In this document: positions 9,294-18,863 of the stretch, one piece after another
Layout: every line of letters begins with the position of its first letter
Position numbering within the stretch: the stretch's first letter is position 1
DNA from: a virus
DNA length: 64,000 nt
IMG/VR virus record: IMGVR_UViG_3300020048_000044
Span: 57,734-121,733 of that record
Reading direction: 5' to 3' (one strand)
Made by a program: the position numbers and the translations under genes
The notes under the pieces: generated by a model
Databases searched by the model: none
What the model was told of the DNA's origin: nothing
The model's input: the letters and a program-made list of their open reading frames with translations, nothing else

Positions 9294-9677
9294 ATGAATA
9301 AGTCAAACATTATTAGCGAAAAATTAAAACAACTTGAAAAAGAAAGTTGTGATTTGTTTTCTATCTTAAGAAACAAAAGACCAATATATGATTTTCTAGG
9401 TAAATTGGATTTTGACAAAGAGGGTTTAACGACTATTCCTTTTTTGGTAGATTTAGCCGATGAACAAGAAGTTTTAGAAGAGTTACCAATCGTTGAAATG
9501 AGAAGTGATTTAGACGGTGGAACTTTCGATGTTCACGTTTTGAGGGTAGATGAAAACGGTTTAACGTGTGTTAATTACAATGACCATACAGTTATTAATA
9601 CCTACGGTTTTAATGATTTATCAAACATAGATTATCGTTTAATCGTATTGAATGAAATGTATGAAATTGATAACTAA
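9294..9677 (+). CDS. hypothetical early protein
   Basis: Own promoter. Confidence 0.8.
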   Translation: MNKSNIISEKLKQLEKESCDLFSILRNKRPIYDFLGKLDFDKEGLTTIPFLVDLADEQEVLEELPIVEMRSDLDGGTFDVHVLRVDENGLTCVNYNDHTVINTYGFNDLSNIDYRLIVLNEMYEIDN

Positions 9678-9773
9678 AAAATAATTATAAAAAAACTACA
9701 ATTTTATTAGGAATTGTGGTTTTTTTGTTTTATCTTTGTAGTATCAAATTAATCAACTAAAAACTTTTCAATT

Positions 9774-10175
9774 ATGCACGTAGATTTAAAAAATATCAAA
9801 GGTTCATTAGAAGATATGAACAATTTATTTGATGATGCTGAAAGATTCAGTGTTAGAAATTACAAACCAAATGAAAAAAATCCTAGTAATTTTGATATTA
9901 CTATTCGATGTGGTGATGAACTTGCAAAGATAATCAAAACTAAAAAAAGTCTTAAATCTTTGATTAAGATTTCAAAAAATGTTAAGGTAGTTGTTAAAAA
10001 ATCGTATAAGATTTGGGTTGTTATTGAAGAGCAAACAGAATTTAGCGATGGTTCGGAAGAGTTAAAAGATTTAGAAGACAACACACAAAGTTGTGGGTAT
10101 TTTGATACGCTAGAAGAAGCTGAAAGGGCATTAGCTGAAATAAATGCTAATTATGAGGGAGATTTTAGAAAATAA
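9774..10175 (+). CDS. hypothetical early protein
   Basis: Own promoter. Confidence 0.8.
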   Translation: MHVDLKNIKGSLEDMNNLFDDAERFSVRNYKPNEKNPSNFDITIRCGDELAKIIKTKKSLKSLIKISKNVKVVVKKSYKIWVVIEEQTEFSDGSEELKDLEDNTQSCGYFDTLEEAERALAEINANYEGDFRK

Positions 10176-10240
10176 ATTTGGAATTATAATTTTTTATTCT
10201 TATCTTTGTCTTATCAATTAATCAACTAAAACCAATTACA

Positions 10241-10825
10241 ATGAATACTTTTGAAAACGATAATTTTAAATTAACTATTGATTTGGATTCTGACCCAATA
10301 AACCCTAGAGGAAACGATAATATGTTTACAATATATTGTGACCATAAACGCTACGATTTAGGTGATAAGAAAGATGTTAAACCACCTAGTTATTGTTATT
10401 GTTGGGAACAAGTAAAAGCATTTTTAATAAGAGAAAAAAATGCAGTTATTATTGAACCGATTTATATGTATGACCATAGTGGTATTACAATATCAACTAA
10501 ACCGTTTAGTTGTAAATGGGATTCGGGGCAAATAGGTTTTATTTATGTTAGCCGTGAAAAATTATTAGAAGAGTATAATTGTAAACGTATTACAAAAAAG
10601 ATACGTGAAACAGCGATGCAAGTTTTAGAAGCTGAAATAAAAGAATACGACCAATATTTAACGGGTGATGTTTATTTCTTTGAATTGCTAGATAAACGAA
10701 CCAATGAAGAGGATTCGTGTTACGGATTTTTTGGTAGTAACATTTTTGAAAATGGAATGTCTGATTATTTAAGTGATGAATGTATTGAAAGCCTTGAATT
10801 AAAAAAATCATATAAAACAGTATAA
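10241..10825 (+). CDS. conserved phage/MGE hypothetical protein
   Basis: YMYDHSGITIS..WDSGQIGFIY..EYDQYLTGDVY, recalled as a recurring phage motif; function unknown. Confidence 0.8.
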   Translation: MNTFENDNFKLTIDLDSDPINPRGNDNMFTIYCDHKRYDLGDKKDVKPPSYCYCWEQVKAFLIREKNAVIIEPIYMYDHSGITISTKPFSCKWDSGQIGFIYVSREKLLEEYNCKRITKKIRETAMQVLEAEIKEYDQYLTGDVYFFELLDKRTNEEDSCYGFFGSNIFENGMSDYLSDECIESLELKKSYKTV

Positions 10826-10827
10826 AA

Positions 10828-11049
10828 ATGGCAAGTATAAAAGATTGTTGTATTCAACGCATAGAAGCTGATATAAGAGCTTTAAAAAATAGAACTAAGC
10901 AACCACAAGAACTAACTGCTGAACGTATGTTAGATAAGCTTAAAACGATTGATTTGGCGTGGTATGATGAGATGGGAACTAAGTTTTATAATGCCCTTGA
11001 TGAATATCGAAGGAAAGAAAAAAATAAACAAGAAAAAGTTTGGAATTAA
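10828..11049 (+). CDS. hypothetical early protein
   Basis: Coupled to the previous gene. Confidence 0.7.
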   Translation: MASIKDCCIQRIEADIRALKNRTKQPQELTAERMLDKLKTIDLAWYDEMGTKFYNALDEYRRKEKNKQEKVWN

Positions 11050-11095
11050 CAAATATTATTCTTATCTTTGTCAAACAATTTAAAACTAGAAACAA

Positions 11096-11485
11096 ATGGA
11101 AAAGTTTAGAATATTCAGAGAGGGAAATAAGGTTAATATAGCACAGTGTTATTTAACAGATGAAGTAGGTATTAATGCACATGCAACCCCAACGGCAACA
11201 ATATTATCAGAGCCAAAGGATAATGAAGAGTTGGTTTGTGTTCTTTATGAAAATGGATTAATTGACCACGTGCCACAATACATACTTGAAAATATTGAGA
11301 GTAAGGAATTATTTGAAAATCAAATTGATTTGATGTGTGAGATACAAGGCGAATTAAATATTAACATTGTTAATTGTGGTAATTGTGGGGGCGTTTTCCT
11401 TCATAAATTAAATGAAACAGAAATAAAATGCCCTTATTGTTGTTTTAATTCAGAGCCTTGCGATTTTCCCGATTTTATTAGTTAA
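11096..11485 (+). CDS. early protein with C-terminal zinc ribbon
   Basis: CGNCG...CPYC; own promoter. Confidence 0.8.
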   Translation: MEKFRIFREGNKVNIAQCYLTDEVGINAHATPTATILSEPKDNEELVCVLYENGLIDHVPQYILENIESKELFENQIDLMCEIQGELNINIVNCGNCGGVFLHKLNETEIKCPYCCFNSEPCDFPDFIS

Positions 11486-11528
11486 AAATATACTTTAGTT
11501 GGTTAAGTTCGGAGTGAAACCGAACACT

Positions 11529-11556
11529 AAAGGACTTCTTTTTGAAGTCCTTTTTT
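11529..11556 (+). terminator. intrinsic terminator
   Basis: AAAGGACTTC-ttttt-GAAGTCCTTT plus T-run, preceded by a GTTCGG/CCGAAC hairpin. Confidence 0.75.
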
Positions 11557-11567
11557 ATTATACCTAT

Positions 11568-11632
11568 AAAAAAAATATAAGGTAAGGTGGAGTATACTTT
11601 CCGTCTATGTTGGTAGTCGTAACGTCATATTG
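11568..11632 (-). ncRNA. putative small structured RNA, copy 2 of 3
   Basis: Promoter at 11639-11670 (- strand); ATGAC, hairpin, GTATACTC-N5-TACCTTATA-T8. Confidence 0.6.
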
Positions 11633-11792
11633 ACAAGACAAAGATAGAAATAAAAAACCACAATTCCAAATTTATTTGATATTATTTTATATGAAGTTAT
11701 TAACAATTAAAATATTAATAAAATGTTGATAAAAACTTGACATTGTGGAATTTATTATGTATCTTTGTAGAATAAATTTAAAATTATAAGAT

Positions 11793-12341
11793 ATGAAACT
11801 TTACAGATTAAACAAAAGAACATTATTATTTGAGGAGGTTAATAATCGATTAATGTATTTTAGTGTTGGATTATTTTTATTTGTCAGTGCATTAACAACG
11901 TATTTGATTTTAAATAATGTTAATCAAATTAAGTTGATAAGTGGAGAAACAAAAACGCTTATATTAAATGAGCAACATAGTTTCACCAAAGAAAAATTCA
12001 AAGCAACTTTATTAGAATTAAATTTAAAATATCCGCATATAGTATATGCACAAGCTGTTTTAGAAAGTGGTTCGTTTACTAGCAAATTATTTAAAGAAAA
12101 TAATAACGCTTTTGGAATGAAAGTTGCAACACAAAGACCAACAACAAATAAAGGGGCTGAAAACGGATACGCTTATTATAATAATTATTTTGATTGTATT
12201 GTAGATTATGCGTTCTATCAGTCAAAATTTTTATCAAAGATAACGAGTGAATCCGAATATTTTAATTATCTAAAACAGAATTATGCAGAAGACCCGACAT
12301 ATATAGATAAGTTAAAAGAAATAATCGAAAAAAATAAATAA
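11793..12341 (+). CDS. membrane-anchored glucosaminidase-domain (GH73-like) peptidoglycan hydrolase
   Basis: N-terminal TM; VYAQAVLESG..SKL...NNAFGMK; YAEDPTY motif. Confidence 0.8.
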   Translation: MKLYRLNKRTLLFEEVNNRLMYFSVGLFLFVSALTTYLILNNVNQIKLISGETKTLILNEQHSFTKEKFKATLLELNLKYPHIVYAQAVLESGSFTSKLFKENNNAFGMKVATQRPTTNKGAENGYAYYNNYFDCIVDYAFYQSKFLSKITSESEYFNYLKQNYAEDPTYIDKLKEIIEKNK

Positions 12342-12415
12342 AAAAAAAACACAAATTATTAGGATTTGTGGTTTTTTTGTTTTATCTTTGTAGTATCAAA
12401 TTAAAACATATACCA

Positions 12416-12544
12416 ATGAGAACTTTAACTGTATCAACAAAGACCTTTACTGAAATGTTATCGGGATTAATCCAATCGGGTGTAACATTTGAAGCAGAAG
12501 AAAAAAACGGTGAAATAGTAATAACATTTACGGGAGGATATTAA
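12416..12544 (+). CDS. 42-aa protein (not in ORF track)
   Basis: Directly after promoter 12383; ends ITFTGGY. Confidence 0.65.
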   Translation: MRTLTVSTKTFTEMLSGLIQSGVTFEAEEKNGEIVITFTGGY

Positions 12545-12546
12545 TT

Positions 12547-12816
12547 ATGGCACGAACACAATTATACATTATTTGGATTGAGGGTTTTGAATACAAGACT
12601 GGCGAAAAGGTTAATAATTTAACCGACCACGGATTTAGTTATACTACAAAAATGACTGAAAGCCTACGTATCAAACAAGATGATATACTACAAATGAAAC
12701 ACTATATGAAAAGGCACGGTATCGCTAAATGGGTTATTGATAGTAGTGAAACATTTATCAAAACAAGCTATGCACCAAAAGGAACAATATTAAATTCAAA
12801 AAAAATTGCATTTTAA
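12547..12816 (+). CDS. hypothetical early protein
   Basis: ORF in cassette. Confidence 0.75.
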   Translation: MARTQLYIIWIEGFEYKTGEKVNNLTDHGFSYTTKMTESLRIKQDDILQMKHYMKRHGIAKWVIDSSETFIKTSYAPKGTILNSKKIAF

Positions 12817-12883
12817 TTTGGTAGTGTCATTTTTTATTATTATCTTTGTCGTATCAAATTAATCAACTAAAAAAAATTACACA

Positions 12884-13183
12884 ATGGCAACAAAAACTTG
12901 GAAAATCGGAGAATATTGTAAAGGTGGTATTATCACCGTAGAAACAACTAAAAAACAAGTTACCATTATTGGTAAAGAATGGGATATGTCAAAGGGTTGT
13001 AGAAGAAGTTCAGACCAATCGAATGCAAAGGAATGGACTAGAAAGACTGTACAAATTGATAACCGTAATATTGATAGAGAGTTAAACGACTTTTTATGTG
13101 ATTTATCAACGTCTTATTATGCTGATGAAATAATGAAATGGATTGAAAGTAAGATAGAAACTAAAAATAGAATATTTTGGTAA
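12884..13183 (+). CDS. hypothetical early protein
   Basis: Own promoter. Confidence 0.8.
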   Translation: MATKTWKIGEYCKGGIITVETTKKQVTIIGKEWDMSKGCRRSSDQSNAKEWTRKTVQIDNRNIDRELNDFLCDLSTSYYADEIMKWIESKIETKNRIFW

Positions 13184-13206
13184 AAATAAATTAAAAATAA
13201 AACGCT

Positions 13207-13386
13207 ATGAAAAAAACAGTATTTAACATTGAGTATGATACAGACGGTGAAATCCTTGATTTACCAACTACATTAGAAATTGAAGTTCCTAAAGAATTAA
13301 CAGATGATGAAGAAATTAATGAGTTTTTAAGTGATGAAATAAGCAATATTACTGGGTTTTGTCATTTAGGTTTTGAAATAAAATAA
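13207..13386 (+). CDS. 59-aa acidic protein (not in ORF track)
   Basis: Leader AAAAATAAAACGCTATG. Confidence 0.65.
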   Translation: MKKTVFNIEYDTDGEILDLPTTLEIEVPKELTDDEEINEFLSDEISNITGFCHLGFEIK

Positions 13387-13481
13387 AAAAAAATAAAAAA
13401 TAAACCACAAATTATTAGGATTTGTGGTTTATTTGTTTTATCTTTGTAGTATCAAATTAATTAATTAAAACTTTGTCAATT

Positions 13482-13673
13482 ATGGGTATCAAAAAAGAGG
13501 ACGTTGAATTAGTTGCTAAAAGCCTTAATTTCAAACCGACTGACGAACAAATAAAAGATATAATTTCATTATATCCGTCTGCACAAGAAAATGACCCAAC
13601 GGGAACGTGGGATTTAGTAGTAGAGAATTTGTTATATGAGTTAGAAGTTGAACAAACTAAAACCGTGAAATAA
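13482..13673 (+). CDS. hypothetical early protein
   Basis: Own promoter; ATG 13482 preferred over TTG 13473. Confidence 0.7.
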   Translation: MGIKKEDVELVAKSLNFKPTDEQIKDIISLYPSAQENDPTGTWDLVVENLLYELEVEQTKTVK

Positions 13674-13858
13674 TGGATTATTTTGAACATTACGAATTAC
13701 TTCCTATTGAAATAAAAACAATAATTGATGAATTTTGCAATGGTGAAAATTCATACGAAAATTGTGCTAACCTCGTAACTGCTTTAGAACTAGAGGGTTG
13801 GACTTGTGATTATGGATTAGATGCTGAACCGTATAATTTACATAAAATAATTGAATAA
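13673..13858 (+). CDS. acidic hypothetical early protein
   Basis: TAATG coupling. Confidence 0.75.
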   Translation: MDYFEHYELLPIEIKTIIDEFCNGENSYENCANLVTALELEGWTCDYGLDAEPYNLHKIIE

Positions 13859-13917
13859 AAGTTTGGTATTGTCAAATTAATTACTTATCTTTGTAGAACA
13901 ATAATCAACTAGAAATT

Positions 13918-14196
13918 ATGGCAAAAATTGACGTAGGAACACAAGGGTTCAAAGGTGGTAAAATAACACACCAACACAAAGGATATGCTGAATTGCATAC
14001 AGACATTAAAGGTTGTAACTTTGCCGTTATTATGGACGGTTACAAGGGACAAGGTAAAGACTATCAACCACGTGACGAAGCGAATATAAAATTCAATTTC
14101 CCGAATGGTAAAAGTATTGAGTTTGAAACTATTGAAGCATTTTATATAGCTTTGACGGGTTGCAAAGAAGATGAAACAGGTTTTCCACCGTTTTAA
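13918..14196 (+). CDS. hypothetical early protein
   Basis: Own promoter. Confidence 0.8.
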   Translation: MAKIDVGTQGFKGGKITHQHKGYAELHTDIKGCNFAVIMDGYKGQGKDYQPRDEANIKFNFPNGKSIEFETIEAFYIALTGCKEDETGFPPF

Positions 14197-14253
14197 AATA
14201 TAGTTGATGTGTTAAATTGATAATTAGTCATTGGTGGTTCTTTGACTAGTGGA

Positions 14254-14288
14254 ATAAGGTAAGATAGAAATATTTTACCTTTTTTTTG
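14254..14288 (+). terminator. intrinsic terminator with GAAA tetraloop
   Basis: AAGGTAAGATA-gaaa-TATTTTACCTT plus T-run. Confidence 0.65.
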
Positions 14289-14353
14289 TGTTTTTATTTG
14301 GAATTGTAAAATATTATTCTTATCTTTGTCTTATCAATTTAAAACGAACTATT

Positions 14354-14587
14354 ATGTTAATATTACACACATTTGAAAAATTAGGTTATACAGCTTTTAT
14401 CGGCTCTAATGGTAATAAATTTATATTTAATATTCAACCTAGCGATGAACCAAAATGTTGTGGTGGTTATCCAAACTTAAATTATATTTGTAGAGTTAAA
14501 GGGTTGCTACTTGATGAAAGGAAAATATTAATAGATAAGGCTGAAAAAATAATGGGTAAAACTATTAAAGAAAATTTGGAATTGTAA
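14354..14587 (+). CDS. hypothetical early protein
   Basis: ATG 14354 lies downstream of promoter 14321. Confidence 0.7.
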   Translation: MLILHTFEKLGYTAFIGSNGNKFIFNIQPSDEPKCCGGYPNLNYICRVKGLLLDERKILIDKAEKIMGKTIKENLEL

Positions 14588-14636
14588 AATATTTGTTTTA
14601 TCTTTGTCAAACAATAATCAACTAAAACTTTATATT

Positions 14637-15101
14637 ATGCGTATTAAAAAAATAATCCTAACCAAAGAAGATATAAAAAATTTAATGCTAAACAAAACTA
14701 TTAGTATTGAACGTGAAGATGTTTGGAATGTGCCAAAATCCAGTATTGTTTATGGTGTTGGTTGTAATGGTATGTTTGATAAGGTTGATTATCGTTGGGT
14801 TTATGGTGATACTGACCAATATATTACAGATAAAAAAAATGTTGGTAGACGTGCCGAAGACTATCCAAATAACGAAATAAGTTCACAAAGTGGGTGTTTA
14901 TGGTGGGATTTTAACAAACACTATTCACCATTTAATAAAGTAGGTGAAACTGTTATCAATGGCAAAAAAAATCCTATCAAATTTAAAATAGAAAACATAA
15001 TCATTGATAAACTAACTGATGTTGAATGTATTGATAGTTATAAGCAAAAACGTAGGTATCACAAAATAATATTTAAAATTGATATAAAAATAATTGAATA
15101 A
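14637..15101 (+). CDS. hypothetical early protein
   Basis: ATG 14637; the track's TTG 14604 is the -7 box. Confidence 0.8.
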   Translation: MRIKKIILTKEDIKNLMLNKTISIEREDVWNVPKSSIVYGVGCNGMFDKVDYRWVYGDTDQYITDKKNVGRRAEDYPNNEISSQSGCLWWDFNKHYSPFNKVGETVINGKKNPIKFKIENIIIDKLTDVECIDSYKQKRRYHKIIFKIDIKIIE

Positions 15102-15166
15102 AAGTTTGGAATTGTCATTTATTTGTTTTATCTTTGTCAAACAATAATCATTTAAAACTTTATACA

Positions 15167-15436
15167 ATGGGAATAGTAACTGATATGTTAATGGCAAAAG
15201 ACCAAAATCCAAAAAATCGTTTTATGATTGGGGATAATCTATATGAATTTGAAACGATGCAACCCGAAATTAAAGAGGGTGATATTTTCACTACTGAAAT
15301 TAAAATGTTTGTTTTAACTGCTGATTGTATTGATGAAACTTTAAAGGGTGTTAAATTTATTGAAGACTTTGGTCACGATATGATTTGCCCATATAAAAAA
15401 GCAATTAAATTAAGATTCATAAAAACAATAAAATAA
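15167..15436 (+). CDS. hypothetical early protein
   Basis: ATG 15167; the track's TTG 15134 is the -7 box. Confidence 0.8.
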   Translation: MGIVTDMLMAKDQNPKNRFMIGDNLYEFETMQPEIKEGDIFTTEIKMFVLTADCIDETLKGVKFIEDFGHDMICPYKKAIKLRFIKTIK

Positions 15437-15495
15437 ATTTGGAATTGTCATTTATTATGTTTATCTTTGTCTTATTAATTTAAAACTTGTCAATT

Positions 15496-15876
15496 ATGGT
15501 ATATGAAATAAGAACATACAATTTAATAGGCACAACACTTTATACATATAAAGAAATGCCTAATCTTATTGAAGTTAAACGCAATGGAAATTTTATATTC
15601 GTTGATAAAGATACTGATGAAGTACCATTTAGACCAATGAATTGGAGTTATTCAACTGAAAAGCCTTTAGGTGCTATTAATAGTAGAGTGGAATTTTTAC
15701 CATATATTGCCGATGTTACAGAAGACCTACCAAGTCATTGTAAATTTGAACCAAAAACATATAAGAAATGTTTATTAATGGCTGAAACACATGGTAGTTG
15801 TTTACAATTTTACCATGAAGAAAGTAAAGAAGTTTTAAGAATAGCTTTAAATTCACATACATATAAACCCGTTTAA
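15496..15876 (+). CDS. hypothetical early protein
   Basis: Own promoter. Confidence 0.75.
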   Translation: MVYEIRTYNLIGTTLYTYKEMPNLIEVKRNGNFIFVDKDTDEVPFRPMNWSYSTEKPLGAINSRVEFLPYIADVTEDLPSHCKFEPKTYKKCLLMAETHGSCLQFYHEESKEVLRIALNSHTYKPV

Positions 15877-15877
15877 A

Positions 15878-16093
15878 ATGGACTATACAAAAGTAACACA
15901 TACAATCGAGGGTTATTTAGTTAAGGACTTAAGATTTAAACCAGTTGATAATATCATTGTCGGGTTATGTAAAGACCCTATACACCCGATTGATTTACAT
16001 AATGGATTCGTGGCGATGCAATGGACAAGACAAGGCAAACCGTTAAGGATAAATAAAGGTAGAACAGATTTAATATTAAACTTCAATGAATAA
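15878..16093 (+). CDS. hypothetical early protein
   Basis: Coupled ORF. Confidence 0.75.
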   Translation: MDYTKVTHTIEGYLVKDLRFKPVDNIIVGLCKDPIHPIDLHNGFVAMQWTRQGKPLRINKGRTDLILNFNE

Positions 16094-16268
16094 AGAAATA
16101 GAATTTTCTGATGAAATTGATTTAGCACCTATTGGTGTTATTTTATGGAAATCTACATTCTTTAAACCCGTTAAAGGAATTTATTTGGATTTGGAAGAGG
16201 GTAGTGACAAACATCTCGATGCAATACTTGACGGAACACTTGAAAATTATTTAAAGTTTTTTGAATAA
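16086..16268 (+). CDS. hypothetical early protein
   Basis: Coupled ORF. Confidence 0.65.
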   Translation: MNKEIEFSDEIDLAPIGVILWKSTFFKPVKGIYLDLEEGSDKHLDAILDGTLENYLKFFE

Positions 16269-16327
16269 TTATTTGGTATTGTCATTTATTTATATTATCT
16301 TTGTCTTATCAAATTAAACTAAACTAT

Positions 16328-16771
16328 ATGAAAATAGATATTACACCAATTATCGAACTTGGCGAGGGAACAAACAGAATAGCAATTGATATGAGAAATA
16401 TTAGTGGTTTATATGTTTTCAGACTTGCAAACGGAAAAGATTATACAACCCTATTCAGTCCTAAAGAACTTGAAGAATTTCAACCAAGTAAGAACGTTTC
16501 TGAAATGATTAAAGAATGGGAAGACAATATCAAAAGAAGACACGAAACGTGTGTTAAATGTATTGAAACTGGGTTACACCATACAAATACAACAATACAT
16601 AAAGTAATGAAAAATATTTCATTGCCTAATGGACAAATAATAGAAATGCCAACGGGTGAAACAGAAATAAGACCCGTAGTATTAAGAAAAGATTGGATTG
16701 ATTCATATAAAAATGAAGCTAGAGAATTGGCTGAACAATTTGGTAAAATAAGTTTCATAAAAATTTGTTAA
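16328..16771 (+). CDS. hypothetical early protein
   Basis: ATG 16328; the track's TTG 16301 is the -7 box. Confidence 0.8.
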   Translation: MKIDITPIIELGEGTNRIAIDMRNISGLYVFRLANGKDYTTLFSPKELEEFQPSKNVSEMIKEWEDNIKRRHETCVKCIETGLHHTNTTIHKVMKNISLPNGQIIEMPTGETEIRPVVLRKDWIDSYKNEARELAEQFGKISFIKIC

Positions 16772-16818
16772 TCTCAATGATTTGTATTATCTTTGTTAAA
16801 CAATTAAAATAAACGATT

Positions 16819-17046
16819 ATGAGTGATAAAATAAGAATAACTGATTTTAATTTTGTGTTTAGTGGATATGGACATTATAAAGTAACGTATGTTAATCCAT
16901 TAAATAGTAAATCATATTATTGCACAACTTCAAATATGCAATTAATTGATTTAACAAAAAATGCTGAACACCCTAAAAGAATACATTTAGAACAGTTAAA
17001 AAAATTGTGTAAAAATAATTTTAAACAACTTGGTTACAAATGGTAA
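16819..17046 (+). CDS. hypothetical early protein
   Basis: Own promoter. Confidence 0.8.
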   Translation: MSDKIRITDFNFVFSGYGHYKVTYVNPLNSKSYYCTTSNMQLIDLTKNAEHPKRIHLEQLKKLCKNNFKQLGYKW

Positions 17047-17117
17047 AATAAGTTGAATAAAATTTGTTAATCTCAATATAAATTCTTATCTTTGTCAAAC
17101 AATTAAATTAAACGATT

Positions 17118-17303
17118 ATGGGTAAAGAAAAATTAACTATCAATATTAAAATAAGTGGTAGTGGAACGCCAAATGAAGTAATTAAATCATTAGAGGGTTT
17201 AATCGAATCAATAAAAGAAACCAATAAGGGCAAAGATAAAATTGCTATTTTTGATGGTGCTGAATGGGAAGACGAAACTTTAATAACCGAAATAAATTGT
17301 TAG
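17118..17303 (+). CDS. hypothetical early protein
   Basis: Own promoter. Confidence 0.75.
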   Translation: MGKEKLTINIKISGSGTPNEVIKSLEGLIESIKETNKGKDKIAIFDGAEWEDETLITEINC

Positions 17304-17306
17304 ATT

Positions 17307-17453
17307 ATGGTAGACTATTTTAAAGAAAATAGAATTTCAGATACACATTCACAACCACTCGAATATAAAGACGGGAAACAAAAAAGGCGTGAACGTAGAG
17401 CCAAAAAACGCAAGGCAAAAGAATTAATGAATTACGTAATTAATAACTCTTAA
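17307..17453 (+). CDS. 48-aa basic protein (not in ORF track)
   Basis: K/R-rich segment KQKRRERRAKKRKAK. Confidence 0.55.
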   Translation: MVDYFKENRISDTHSQPLEYKDGKQKRRERRAKKRKAKELMNYVINNS

Positions 17454-17457
17454 ACCT

Positions 17458-17673
17458 ATGGAAATTAAAATTATAAATAGGAAAAAAAATAAAAGTCTTT
17501 ATTTTTGTGATTATAATCCTTTGTTAGACGAAGCTATTAATAATTTCAAATCAGCAAAAACCGTAAAGGTAATAAATGGTATTTGTTATATTAGTTTTGT
17601 TTCACTTGGTTATTTCACTGAAATTTTATCTAAAAATAATATAAGTTTCACAATAATAACAACTTTAAATTAA
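17458..17673 (+). CDS. hypothetical early protein
   Basis: ORF in run. Confidence 0.65.
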   Translation: MEIKIINRKKNKSLYFCDYNPLLDEAINNFKSAKTVKVINGICYISFVSLGYFTEILSKNNISFTIITTLN

Positions 17674-17679
17674 TAACTT

Positions 17680-17874
17680 ATGTATTCTGAAATATATTAT
17701 AAACAAATGCAAAATTGGGCATTTACAAAAAATGGTGGTGAATATCCACAATATTCAATACACGGATTGAGATATAGAAGTGAATATACATTAAAACAAG
17801 TATCACAAATGAAAATAGGAGATACGATTGTTGTTAATGGTTCGCAAATAAAACGTATAAAAGATAGAGAATAA
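17680..17874 (+). CDS. hypothetical early protein
   Basis: ORF in run. Confidence 0.7.
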   Translation: MYSEIYYKQMQNWAFTKNGGEYPQYSIHGLRYRSEYTLKQVSQMKIGDTIVVNGSQIKRIKDRE

Positions 17875-17910
17875 TTTGCTTTTCTTAATATAATTTCGTA
17901 CCTTTGTATT

Positions 17911-18180
17911 ATGGAATTTATATTATTAGAAGTTAATTCACCAAGTTGGAATTATATATGGGATTTTGTTGAAAATCATCCAATAAATGACGGTATTGAA
18001 TTACCAAAGTCTGCTTTAAATAATGGTTATCAATGGGAATATATGGGCAGTTATAAACAAGGTAATAATGTTATTAGTAAAATAATACATAAATCACACC
18101 CGAAAACCCAAGAACTATACACTATCAATATTTCACACGAAATAACACAAGAACAAATAACTAAATCAATTAAAATATAA
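17911..18180 (+). CDS. hypothetical early protein
   Basis: Own promoter (TACCTTTG 17899); near-leaderless. Confidence 0.75.
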   Translation: MEFILLEVNSPSWNYIWDFVENHPINDGIELPKSALNNGYQWEYMGSYKQGNNVISKIIHKSHPKTQELYTINISHEITQEQITKSIKI

Positions 18181-18186
18181 AACACT

Positions 18187-18372
18187 ATGAAATTCTTAGG
18201 ACTTTTTTCTTTTATTATCTTTATCCTTTGCCTAGTAGGTGAAGTGAAATGTTGCTACAAAGCATATAATTGCAATTGGGAACCAATTGGTAAGGCTGAG
18301 GTAATTTACACGGCTTCAGCTTGTTGTGGTTTAGGTTCAATTGTCGGTTGGTTTAATATCGAAGATAAATAA
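18187..18372 (+). CDS. small membrane protein
   Basis: Two hydrophobic segments around CNWEPIGKAEV. Confidence 0.7.
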   Translation: MKFLGLFSFIIFILCLVGEVKCCYKAYNCNWEPIGKAEVIYTASACCGLGSIVGWFNIEDK

Positions 18373-18433
18373 AAATAATTGAAAATAAATTTGGTAGTGT
18401 CATTTATTATTACTACCTTTGTATTGTTAAAAT

Positions 18434-18538
18434 AATTAACCCAAAGTAACGGATACCAAACCGCCATTCGCCACTCGTTGCACGTATGCAAAACTCGGCA
18501 CTCAAGGCATTATAAATGGAACGTGAAATGGGTTAATT
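18434..18538 (+). ncRNA. candidate structured ncRNA
   Basis: Begins just after promoter 18414; 10-bp closing stem AATTAACCCA/TGGGTTAATT; GC-enriched; internal hairpins. Confidence 0.5.
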
Positions 18539-18545
18539 TTAAAGA

Positions 18546-18619
18546 AGCTTATTAGTTCAATTGGTAGAACGCTAGAGCCGAAACTCTGGATGTTACGGGT
18601 TCGAATCCCGTATAAGTTT
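18546..18619 (+). tRNA. tRNA-like element with non-canonical 8-nt anticodon loop (GCCGAAAC); identity undetermined
   Basis: Acceptor AGCTTAT/ATAAGTT, D arm GTTC-AATTGGTA-GAAC, anticodon stem CTAGA/TCTGG, T arm ACGGG-TTCGAAT-CCCGT; no U33 and no encoded CCA. Confidence 0.8.
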
Positions 18620-18665
18620 CAACAAATGTTTTTTCATTGCATTTGTTATTCTGTATTTTAATGTT

Positions 18666-18698
18666 AAAAACCCCATCTAGCTAATGGGGTTTTTTTTA
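18666..18698 (+). terminator. intrinsic terminator closing the RNA unit
   Basis: AAAACCCCAT-ctagcta-ATGGGGTTTT plus T-run. Confidence 0.8.
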
Positions 18699-18863
18699 TT
18701 GCCCTATGTACACAAATGTGTATATGCACCTCGCATTTTAGGTCGTGGCTGATAGTTTGTCTATCTCACGGGAGAAAGTGTCTTAGAACGCATTAAAATA
18801 AGTCAGTGATATATGTTTGAGGTGGTGGAAACATACGGACATAAAAAAACCCCTATTAAGGGG

